This document shows, one piece after another, positions 24,186-34,542 of a stretch of DNA of 64,000 nt (positions are counted from its first letter, which is position 1; every line of letters starts with the position of its first letter). Position numbers and translations under genes: made by a program. The notes under the pieces are model-generated. The model saw nothing but the letters and a program-made list of their open reading frames with translations. It was not told where the DNA came from and did no database searches. Origin of the DNA: Batkoa obscura (Eukaryota); contig JASVEC010000002.1 of NCBI GenBank assembly GCA_030770535.1, positions 1 through 64,000 on the forward strand, read 5' to 3'.

Positions 24186-25691
24186 ATGGCTTTAGATAAT
24201 ATAAATGATAATATAGTGATCACTATCATGTTCTTTTGGAACTTATTTATAGTAGGTTCGTCAGTATTATTTGTACATTTACGAAGCAATTTGACCATAA
24301 AATTTCGAAATGTTGGACTAACATTATATGGGGTTGTAGCTACATTACTCCTTACAAATATTTACTTTATGACAATGCTAAGGCCTTCTACTGTGCCTTG
24401 TCATTTCGTTTTATGGGCTATTTCTTTATGCGCTCCTTCTTGGTTCTTATCTCTTTTTGGAAAGTTTTTTTTATTAGCCTTTAGTTACCAGCATGCAAAA
24501 TCAAAATTAAAGGCAAATACAGCTCTAACCTTTTTGGATAGCAACCATGCCAGCAGTATAAACCACGACAACAATAAAAAGAATAGCAACCTTTTCAATT
24601 TATTTAGAAAAGATAAGCATGAATCATCCAGAGATGCCGAATTGGGTCGTAATTGGTATCATCAGAATAGAAATCGGTGGACAACTCAGTCAGTATGTGT
24701 ATGTATTATTATTATGCTTGGTTTTCATGCCGTGGTAGCTGCATTGACTCAATGGCTAGACCCAAAGTATCATGTATTAGCAACACCACAATTAAATTGC
24801 ATTCAAGGTAATGGTATGATTCCATTATTTATTACTGCTATCTTATATTTCGGTGTTGGAGGTCCACTCTTAGTTATTCTACTATGGCCAGCTAAAGATG
24901 CTTACTGGCTTAAGTTTGAGTTAGTAGCTTTAGTATTGACTACTTCTCCAATCATTACTTTATTTTTACTATTCACTTACGTTGGATTTCTTGGAGAAAA
25001 ATTTTATCCAGTTATATTTTTACTACCATTTCATTTATTGACTCATTGCTCATCTATAGTAATTCCTATATTAGATGTGTATCGTAATCATTTAAAGAAA
25101 ACACCTAATAACTTTGCTAAATTTCATCTTATGTTGAAAGATCCAGATCAATTTACTGATTTTAAAGAATTCACTGTCAGTGATTTTACAATTGAAAACC
25201 CCTTATTTTATGAAGCATATATTAATTTTTTAAATGAATATGATCCTAATTTATTATTAAACAATCCACTACACCAAATTGATTCAAATCTCACAAAGAA
25301 ATCAATTTTACCTAAGCTAATACCAAACAAATGGAATCCATTACAAAGTACAGCTCATTTAAATGAGTCCCACAGTGTAAATAACAATAATATTTTAATG
25401 GAAGAGATTTCACGTGATGCCGAAAGCACTGTAATAATCGTTGATAAGAACCTAGCTTTAGCACCTTTAAATGCAAAAGAGACAAGGGAGCTATTGAATA
25501 TCTATGAAAAATTTATTGCCCCTGGCTCTGATTATCAGTTGAATTTAAATGGAACAACTGTAAGACAAATAAAGATGAGAATTAATAATCAAGAGTATGA
25601 TCCATTGATGTACATGCCAGCTTTGAATGAAGTGCTCGATTCAATGTATCGTAATACCTACGTTCGTTTTATAAAATTTCAGCAATTTTAA
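24186..25691 (+). CDS. 7TM-RGS receptor-like protein (AtRGS1/GprK-type architecture), paralog 1
   Basis: About 7 hydrophobic helices followed by an RGS domain (FKEFTVSDFTIENPLFY; FIAPGSDYQLNL; M..NTYVRF). The start MALDN at 24186 aligns with paralog 2. Confidence 0.88.
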   Translation: MALDNINDNIVITIMFFWNLFIVGSSVLFVHLRSNLTIKFRNVGLTLYGVVATLLLTNIYFMTMLRPSTVPCHFVLWAISLCAPSWFLSLFGKFFLLAFSYQHAKSKLKANTALTFLDSNHASSINHDNNKKNSNLFNLFRKDKHESSRDAELGRNWYHQNRNRWTTQSVCVCIIIMLGFHAVVAALTQWLDPKYHVLATPQLNCIQGNGMIPLFITAILYFGVGGPLLVILLWPAKDAYWLKFELVALVLTTSPIITLFLLFTYVGFLGEKFYPVIFLLPFHLLTHCSSIVIPILDVYRNHLKKTPNNFAKFHLMLKDPDQFTDFKEFTVSDFTIENPLFYEAYINFLNEYDPNLLLNNPLHQIDSNLTKKSILPKLIPNKWNPLQSTAHLNESHSVNNNNILMEEISRDAESTVIIVDKNLALAPLNAKETRELLNIYEKFIAPGSDYQLNLNGTTVRQIKMRINNQEYDPLMYMPALNEVLDSMYRNTYVRFIKFQQF

Positions 25692-26752
25692 CTGCTTCAT
25701 GTCTATATTTTTTATAAGGTTGATTTATCCTTATTTCATATTTTTAATTCAATAAACTTAGATTTAAATAGTAATGAAATTTATTTAAGTGTTAATTTTA
25801 AATTATACCTGTACCTTATAATTGATAATTGTTTTTTTTATTGAATATTAAAAACTATATTTCAGCTTTTATAGCTAACAAAACTAAGTATGAAAATTTA
25901 TAAATATTTTTGAACATGGAGGAATAAAGCTTTTAAGCGTATTATTAGGAGTAGAAATTTTTAAACGCAAGTTTAATAAGAATGGGAAAAGACGAGAAGA
26001 GTAAATGAAGTTATGATAATGATGTAAAGTATCATAATTTCTTTTTTCAAGTTCAGGTTTTAGAAGGTTATAATTAAAACCGAGTAAAAATATTAAATGT
26101 TGAAGCAAAAATCACCGTTCCTTCTGTACAAAATAGAATTTCAAATATTAAGTTAAAAATGAAAAATAATAAAGAAAGATATTCCCAAATATTATTTCAA
26201 AAAGAAATCAATGTTTAACATATTGAATCTGAGTATTCTTAGATACAAATCATTTCAAAAATAAACAAGTTATGAAAACTGAAAATCAACTTTTTCATCT
26301 AGAATCATATAAAGAACAATATTGCTGAAAAAATGTCTAAAAAATATCATTTAAGGATAGTGTATTAGTTTTGAATAAATAAAAGCTATAACTTCTTTTA
26401 AATGTATAATTATTTAAAGTTTGCTTTATAATTTGTTTATTAGCTTTTTCTTTTATTTAATAGGGCTCAGACTGAATAAAATTATGAAGTATATACAATC
26501 ATTGGGTAATTGTTACAACATACGAATAAAAGCAACCCATAGTTCGAGTTTATTTTTATTTATAACTTTAGATAAAACATACTCCCAAATTAGGTAATAT
26601 GGCAATTGAAGATTATTTAAAACTCAGGGTTTCCAAGAATAATTTGTACAATAATTTACAAAACGATTAAGTGGTGGATAAAAGAAAAATAATCGAATTT
26701 TTATCTTTTTTACTTTTTATTTTACCTTAATCTATTTTAAAAAAAACCTAAA

Positions 26753-28069
26753 ATGTTGAAATTTAACACTACCCTAGCCCAGAATATATTAGTCGGGTTT
26801 ATATGTTTCTGTTGTCCAGGGATGTTCAATGCGTTGAATGGTATCGGAGGAGGAGGTTTGGAAGATCCAACTGTTGCCTCAAACGCTTTAGTTGCACTCT
26901 ACACAACATTTTCTTTAGTAGGAGCTTTCGCTGGTGGTGCTATTAACAATATTTTAGGGACCAAGCTTACTATGTTAATAGGATGCTTAACCTTTGCACT
27001 ATACTCTGGTTCGTTATTAGCTTATAATAGTATTGAAAATCACGCCATAGGTTCGCCCCTTGTTATTGCAGCAGGTGCCATTTTAGGAATTGGTGCCGCT
27101 ATGCTGTGGTCAGCACAAGGCGCATTAATGATGGCGTATCCTTTAGAAAGCGAAAAGGGGAAATTCATTTCGGTTTTTTGGGTTATATTTAATATTGGAG
27201 GTGTATTAGGCGGCCTGATTTCATTTGGCATCAATTTTAATAATAGTTCAGCTGGAGTAACCTCTGGTACTTACATTGCTTTTATGTCATTAATGATAGT
27301 TGGAGCATTAATTGCGTTATTGTTATTACCACCTAATAAAGTTGTTCGTTCTGATGGCTCTCCAATCGAGGTTCCAAAGTATCCATCGCCTATTGAAGAA
27401 ATTAAAGGAGTTGCAAAGGTATTTTTTGATCTTAAGATGATATTGTTGATTCCACTATTTCTCTCTTCTAATTGGTATTACACTTATGAATTTAACACAT
27501 ATAATGGGTTATTATTTAATATACGTACTCGTTCACTTAATAATGCTTTATATTGGGGCACTCAAATGATTTCTGCTACTATATGGGGTAAGCTGTTAGA
27601 TAATCCAAAAATGACGCGTAAGCAAAGAGGTTTCTTAGCTTTGTCTTTATTAGGGTTAATTGTTTCTGCCATTTGGGGTGGAGGTTTGGCTGTGCAACTT
27701 AATTTTTCAGTAGAGAACCCACCTAAGCCAATTGATTTTAGTGATAGTGGCTATGTTGGATTAGTATTTTTGTATATTTTTTATGGATTAGCTGATTCAT
27801 TAGTGCAAACCACTTCCTATTGGGTAATGGGGGCACTATCTAATGACTCTGCAGTTTTATCCCGCTATGCTGGTTTCTATAAAGGCATACAATCTGCTGG
27901 AGCAGCAATTGCCTGGCGATTGAATGCTATCCAAACTCCTTATCTTGTTGAATTGATTATCAATTGGACTTTAATAGTAGCTGGATGTATAGCTGCACTT
28001 ATAGTTGCTACTAAGATTAAAGAGTCTTCAAAGGTTGAACAAGAAGATAAAGTAGTTTATCAAAGTTAA
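26753..28069 (+). CDS. UNC-93-like MFS membrane protein
   Basis: VGFICFCCPGMFNAL, LWSAQGALMMAYP..EKGK and RYAGFYKGIQSAGAA; about 12 TM helices; intronless. Confidence 0.9.
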   Translation: MLKFNTTLAQNILVGFICFCCPGMFNALNGIGGGGLEDPTVASNALVALYTTFSLVGAFAGGAINNILGTKLTMLIGCLTFALYSGSLLAYNSIENHAIGSPLVIAAGAILGIGAAMLWSAQGALMMAYPLESEKGKFISVFWVIFNIGGVLGGLISFGINFNNSSAGVTSGTYIAFMSLMIVGALIALLLLPPNKVVRSDGSPIEVPKYPSPIEEIKGVAKVFFDLKMILLIPLFLSSNWYYTYEFNTYNGLLFNIRTRSLNNALYWGTQMISATIWGKLLDNPKMTRKQRGFLALSLLGLIVSAIWGGGLAVQLNFSVENPPKPIDFSDSGYVGLVFLYIFYGLADSLVQTTSYWVMGALSNDSAVLSRYAGFYKGIQSAGAAIAWRLNAIQTPYLVELIINWTLIVAGCIAALIVATKIKESSKVEQEDKVVYQS

Positions 28070-28346
28070 TTATTAACCCAAATGAATAAAGATAAATATT
28101 TAAATAAATTAACCGAAAAATATCTATTTTCAAGATCTTATTACTTAATAAAAGTTGGTTTTTATTCATTCAAATTAATATAAATTAAATGCATCTTTTA
28201 TTTGTTTGTAGCCTATTTCTATCATCTAAAACCGTTTTCTAAAATAAAAAGATTATGTTTAAAAGGTGTTAGTTTTAAATATCTCATCACAACCAATAGA
28301 CTTATTTTAGATGAGAAAACAAAATCAAACAATTTACTATAATTAT

Positions 28347-28446
28347 ATGATGATGTCTCTTTTTGTTAAAAAAAATTTACTAATATATTTTCCTCTTAAG
28401 AGCACTTAAAAAATAGAAATAGTGATGAAACCCAAAAACACCCTAT
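28347..28446 (+). mobile_element. Degenerate family-1 MITE (orientation A)
   Basis: ATGATGATGTC...TTTACTAAT...GCACTTAAAAAAT...GATGAAACCCAAAAACACCCTAT. Confidence 0.65.
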
Positions 28447-28682
28447 ATAGAGATTACAGATAAATAGACATTATCTAAAAAGCTTGATTTGAGGTTCATT
28501 GCTAGTTTTATATAAGATTATTTCAAAAGTAATATTCTTTTTTGGCAAAAAAAGCCAGTTGTTAACTGCTACATCAAATATCTTTTACCTTATAAAAATT
28601 TATACTAAAAAACTTATCTTCAGTAGTTATATACAATTACCACTTTAGATCTGTCAAAAAAGGAAACCTCTTATGTAACCAT

Positions 28683-28780
28683 ACGGGGATGTATTTTTGT
28701 TTAAGGATTTTACTAACAAATTTTCTGCTCAAATAGCGCTTAAAAGATGGAAAAAGTAATGAAGCCAAAAAAACACTCTC
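28683..28780 (+). mobile_element. MITE-like element, family 1 (orientation A)
   Basis: GGGGATGTATTTTTGTTTAAGG...AAATAGCGCTTAAAAGATGGAAAAAGTAATGAAGCC. Confidence 0.82.
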
Positions 28781-29129
28781 AGGTTATAATCAAAATTTAG
28801 GCTTTAATATCATAATGAGTATTATTTTTGAAACTTCATTGTTTTAATAAAATGCTATGGAGTAGTTTCAATGGTTTTATATTGGAAATTGTAATAATAG
28901 TGATTGATTAAAAGTACTATTAAAAAAAATACTATTTTTTATGATAATACTAGGTGAAGTTACTTTCGCTTTATCTTTTAGGGTTCCTTGATGTATGTTA
29001 AAGATACCAAAACCAAGGAAAGTAAAAGTAGTAATACCAACTTCAATGTTAAAATCATTAGTAAACATAATAAACTACTTTATTAATTTAAAGTTAAGTT
29101 ATTGAATAGCGTACGTATAGCTTTCAAGA

Positions 29130-29229
29130 TTTGAGAATATTTTTTGTTTCATTACTTTTTCCATTTTTTAAGCGTTATTTTGAGTGGAAAGATTGTTAGT
29201 AAAATTCTTAAACAAAAATACATCCCCAT
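29130..29229 (-). mobile_element. MITE-like element, family 1 (orientation B)
   Basis: ...TTCATTACTTTTTCC...GAGTGGAAAGATTGTTAGTAAAATTCTTAAACAAAAATACATCCCCAT. Confidence 0.82.
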
Positions 29230-29776
29230 TTAAAGTTTTTCTGTTGTTGTTTTAATTATTTAGTGATATGAACTTAATATAAATAATTTGATATCTTTCA
29301 AAACCTTTTAAAAGTAACAAGTTTTATATTTGACTCTATATTATTTTAAGATTTAATCATAATCCCTTTATAAAATTATCCTCACGCACTTAAATCATTT
29401 AAATATAAATCTCATTACTTTGCCCCTTAATATATTAACCTAATAAAAATTAAACCAATGCTCAAAATATAAATGTAGGCTAATATATAGTATGGTATAT
29501 ATAAAAATATAATGTCAATAGTCTTTTGATAACAACTAGATCTAAAAACATGCATAAATTAAATAGTCATATATATTAATATAGCATTTATCTAATAGAA
29601 AAGAAATTAAATTTTTGGTAATAAACCCTTGCTCCTTAAAAATAATTAACTTAAAAAGGATATTATACCAACTATATAAACTCCTTTCTGATATAGGCCT
29701 TTCCTTAGAAAACTAAAAGTATTAAAAATTAAAATTTGATTTCTTATTATTTATTTTTAATTATTTATTTATAAAA

Positions 29777-31282
29777 ATGGCTTTAGGCAGCATTGATGAT
29801 AATGTAATAATCGGGGTTATGTTCGTATGGAACTTATTCATTTTAAGTACATCTGGATTATTCTACTACCTACGCTCAAATTTAACCGTTAAGTTTCGTA
29901 ATGTGCCATTGACTTTATTAGGGGTCATTAGTACTCTATTACTTAGTAATACTTATTTTATAACAATCTTAAAACCCAACACAGTACCATGCTATTTTGT
30001 TCTATGGGCTTTATCTTTAGGCGCACCAACCTGGTTTTTAACCTTTTTTGGCAAATATTTTTTATTGGCTTTTAGTTATCAACATGCCAAATCCAAATTG
30101 AAAGCCAATAGCGATCTCACCTTTTTAGAAGATAGTCCCGCTGTCGCGGATAAAAACGAGCTGGGCTTAAATACTAACTTGGATTCAACATACCCTTCAA
30201 CTGTGGGCTTCTTTACCAATTTAAAAAATAACCGGGATGTCGAATTGGGCCGTAATTGGTATCATCAAAATAGGAATCGTTGGACAACTCAATCGGTATG
30301 TGTATGTATTATTGTTATGCTTGGTTTTCATGCTGTGGTAGCTGCATTGACTCAATGGTTGGATCCAAATTATCATAAATTAGCAGTTCCTCAGTTAAAT
30401 TGTATTCAAGGTAATGGTATGATTCCATTGTTTGCTACCGCTATTTTATATTTTGGTGTTGGTGGGCCATTTTTAGTTATTATGTTGTGGCCAGCTAAAG
30501 ATGCTTACTGGCTTAAGTTTGAGTTAGTAGCTTTAGTATTAACTACTTCTCCAATCATTACTTTATTTTTATTATTTACTTATGTACAAGCCCTTGGAGA
30601 TAGATTCTACCCTGTAGCATTCTTATTCCCATTTCATTTATTAACTCATTGCTCGTCTATATTAATTCCTGTTATAGATGTGTACCGAATGCATTTAAAG
30701 AAAACACCTAATAACTTTGCTAAATTTCATCTTATGTTGAAAGATCCAGATCAATTTACTGATTTTAAAGAATTCACTGTCAGTGATTTTACAATTGAAA
30801 ACCCCTTATTTTATGAAGCATATATTAATTTTTTAAATGAATATGACCCTAATTTATTAAACGATAAAGTCGATCATCAATCTGATACCAAGAAACACAC
30901 GCGTTCTTTAATCCCAAAGATGATAAAGTCTAAATGGAATCCTTTAAGTTCTAGTAGCAACCTTGGTGCCGATACAGACAAAGATGTACCAATGGAAAGG
31001 TTGAGTAACAATGTAGTACAGGTATTGAGAAGTAATCAAAACGCTACTCTACGCCCCATGACAGGTAATGAGACAAGAAAACTTATCCAGCTTTATGATA
31101 GATTTATTGCACCTGGATCCGATTACCAATTGAATTTGAATGGTACTACCGTAAGGCAGATTAAAATGAAAATCAATGGTCAGGAATATGACCCATTGAT
31201 GTTGATGCCCGCCTTAAATGAAGTACTCGATTCGATGTACCGTAATACCTATGTGCGTTTTATCAAATTCCAACAGTTTTAA
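29777..31282 (+). CDS. 7TM-RGS receptor-like protein, paralog 2
   Basis: 501 aa, with the same architecture and long identical peptide blocks as 24186-25691. Confidence 0.88.
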   Translation: MALGSIDDNVIIGVMFVWNLFILSTSGLFYYLRSNLTVKFRNVPLTLLGVISTLLLSNTYFITILKPNTVPCYFVLWALSLGAPTWFLTFFGKYFLLAFSYQHAKSKLKANSDLTFLEDSPAVADKNELGLNTNLDSTYPSTVGFFTNLKNNRDVELGRNWYHQNRNRWTTQSVCVCIIVMLGFHAVVAALTQWLDPNYHKLAVPQLNCIQGNGMIPLFATAILYFGVGGPFLVIMLWPAKDAYWLKFELVALVLTTSPIITLFLLFTYVQALGDRFYPVAFLFPFHLLTHCSSILIPVIDVYRMHLKKTPNNFAKFHLMLKDPDQFTDFKEFTVSDFTIENPLFYEAYINFLNEYDPNLLNDKVDHQSDTKKHTRSLIPKMIKSKWNPLSSSSNLGADTDKDVPMERLSNNVVQVLRSNQNATLRPMTGNETRKLIQLYDRFIAPGSDYQLNLNGTTVRQIKMKINGQEYDPLMLMPALNEVLDSMYRNTYVRFIKFQQF

Positions 31283-32059
31283 TTTTTCTATTCCTTTTAC
31301 TAAGAACTATATGTTCGAATAAATGTTTATTTTGTTAATAAAAATTTTGACCTTTGTTATGTTTATGGTTTACATGGACAAATTTATAACTATGTTATAA
31401 TAAAAAGTATTTGGTACTACAGCCTTGATTATTAATATCTTCATAAGTTTTGAAATAATTTGAATTCACAATATATAAATATGCAAGAGCTCATTGTTAA
31501 TCAAATTGATAATGCTTATACAAGGAGAACGTAAATTAATTTAATGCTTTAGTTATGAGTTAAAAAAATTAAACATTCAGTTTATAAAATCATTCTATCA
31601 AAAACATCCTATTTTTTAAATTAGTTATTTCTAGATGCTTTTATTATAAAACTGTGAATTTATTCAGATTCAATATTCAGATTCATTCTGCTCAGCTTTA
31701 TAAAATTTATTTTTATGCCCGATTTCATATTACTTTCATATATTACAACTATTAATAATATGTTGCTCATACTTTTTTGATCACTTCCAAACTTCTAATT
31801 TCATCAAGTATTTTATAGCCAATGAAGCTAATTTAGTAGCTACACTCATAACCTTGCCAAAAAGTGCATTCTTTTAATCCAATAAAAAATCTAATCGTTA
31901 AACCCTTTAAAGAGGAATTAAAATGGTACGATTTCATAGTAAGTTAAAGATGCAGAGATTTAATTTGCTAAAAAATCCAGTGTTATGATTCGCTCATAAA
32001 TCGAACTAATAAAAAAAAGTATAAAAAGGTTTTATCAAAACATAGATTGAGAAAGAAAG

Positions 32060-33074
32060 ATGATAGCCGAAATGCAAGCATTTGTTCAACAAACAGTCGA
32101 AAGTTGTTTAGAAAAACCAACGTTTATTATTCCTGATGGTTATCTTCCTAATGCGTTTGAAAATGCATGGATGGAAATGTTCAATTATGGAAACCCTTGG
32201 TTAGTGATTACCGTGTTTTCTCTGTGCTTACATGAGATTTTTTATTTTGGTAGATATATTCCCTATATGATATATGACCAGATCCCTTCTTTACAGAAAT
32301 ATAAGCTTCAAGAGGTAAAACTATTTGTTATCTATATATTACAAAATTAAGCCGTATTTAGGATAAAGTAGTAACCTCTGAGGAGAGGTGGCACTGTACA
32401 AGGCAAGTGCTATTTGTACATTTCTTTTATGCTGGCGCTTATATCGTTTTCTTTTACCCTGTTGCTAAAACTCTTGGCCTAGACTTTTTTAAAATCCCAT
32501 TCCCAGACTGGTAAATTAATATTATATTTTATAAAGTTAATATTTACTTATTAAAAACAGGAAAGAGCTTTTTGTTCATTTAGCTGTCTGTTTCATTGTT
32601 GAAGATTCTTGGCATTACTGGTTACATCGCGCCATGCATTATGGTCCTTTCTATAAATACATCCATAAAGTTCATCATGAGTACTCCGCCCCCTTTGGTA
32701 TTGCTGCCGAATATGCTCACCCCATTGAAGTAGCACTATTAGGTTTAGGTTCCTTTTTAGGGCCCATGTTAATTTTGGGTGTAAGCGGAAATATGCACGC
32801 AATTACAGCAGAAGCCTTTGTAGCTTTACGCATCTGTCAAGCTGTAGAAGCTCACTCAGGTTATGATTTACCCTGGTCCTTACATAATATTATCCCATTT
32901 TGGGCTGGTGCTGAACATCATGATTTTCATCATCAAGCTTTTGTTGATTGCTATGCATCATCCTTCCGTTGGAACGATTCCATCTTTGGGACCGATAGTA
33001 AATATCACTCTGCTAGAGAGCGTATGAGACAAAAGAAATTAAAGATGAGTCAGAATAAGGATAAGACTCAGTAA
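32060..33074 (+). CDS. ERG25: C-4 methylsterol oxidase; 3 exons
   Basis: HEIFYFGR, EDSWHYWLHR, YIHKVHHEYSAPFG.AAEYAHP, HSGYDLPWSL and HHDFHH histidine boxes. Exons 32060-32314, 32362-32510, 32561-33074. Confidence 0.96.
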
Positions 33075-33455
33075 ATTTAGTAATTAATTCAAAATAGTAT
33101 ATTATAAATAAATGTTTTTAAATTCATTACTGGTTTTTTGGATTGTTATAATACAACTTCGATATTCTAAACAATTTATAACATACGGTTAATTATTATT
33201 AGCAAATTTATTGATTAATCGAATAAAGCAAACATCAAGAAAATGTTTTTAAAAATAGTTTTATGATTTTTATAAATAGTATATATATATATATTGTCTT
33301 TTAAGTAGTATATAATTTGTTTTTAAAGTATTTTAAATAGTTTACAATTGTTCCTACTCTAGTTCTTTGATAAAAGATAAGAATTTACGTTTTATGATTG
33401 GCTAACTGAAACCCATAAACCCTTTCAAAAAAATTATATCTTTTCACTCACAATA

Positions 33456-34489
33456 ATGTCCAGTTTAAGAAACAGTGTACAACGACGCAATCATGCCGAA
33501 AGAAGTCAACCAGCCCGACGACAACATTTGGGTATCTTAGAAAAGCATAAGGATTATAAGCTCCGTGCTACAGATTATCATAAGAAACAAGATACTTTAA
33601 AGAAATTGAGAGAAAAAGCAAGATTCCGTAATGAGGACGAATTTTATTTTAAAATGATAAACACAAAGACGAAGGTGAGTAAATTGAACTTAATCTTATA
33701 TTGAAAAAATTTAAGGATCAAAATTTAGGGTGGTGTTCACATCAAAGAAAGGAGTGGTGTGCTTGGTGCAGATATTATGAAATTGTTGAGAACCCAAGAT
33801 TCTAATTATATTCAACAAATGATTAACATTGAGCAGAAAGTAAATTGATTAAAAGTTGTGAATTAAGTTATTAAACATCACTTTAGCAAATAGAAAAATT
33901 AAAAGATGGACTATCGTTTATTGATGAAGGACAAGAAGAAGAAGAAGAAGAAGAAGAAGAAGAAGAAGGGTTTAAGGCTAAAAAGAAAGTCAAACACACT
34001 ATATTTGTTGATGAGGATGAAAACAGTACTGTTTAAATAACATTTTAATACCAAATGCTCATATATTTATAGTTGAAAGCTTTGATGTAGCAGACCATTT
34101 CGATACCTTACCTTCTTTAGTGGAACAAAAGCACTTGCGTTTACGCAAAAGTACATTAAAGAACAAACCATTAGATCCTGATTTTATGAAAAAGGTAGTT
34201 ATATAGCTATTAAGTTGATAATCTTATTTAGAATTAGGAATTACTTGAACAAAGGAATGAACAAAAGAAAGGAGAATACGCCCATCTCAAAGAAAGAATG
34301 GAACGTTTAGATCAGTTGAAATTGGCTTTAAGAGAAAGTGAGATTCAAAAATCATTATTGGTAGTTCATATGTTTCTCAAGTCAACATTAATCTAATTTA
34401 ATTTTTAGGGCAAAGGTAAAAAAGAAAAGATTGGAAAAGATAGCCGAGGTTTGACTATTTGGAAGTTTCAGCAAGTTAGAAAGAAATAA
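33456..34489 (+). CDS. UTP11: U3 snoRNA-associated protein 11; about 6 exons
   Basis: MSSLRN...HAERSQP...[14 protein letters not shown]...[25 protein letters not shown] and C-terminal WKFQQVRKK*. Confidence 0.95.
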
Positions 34490-34542
34490 GCTAGCAAATT
34501 AATAAAATCTATAGAACATAAATAAAGAGTATAATATTTAAT

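Noticed and set aside
31770..31935. Possible sterol-regulatory motifs (TCGTTAAA, TACGAT, ATCAC) upstream of ERG25
   Set aside because: These are short imperfect matches that cannot be distinguished from chance.
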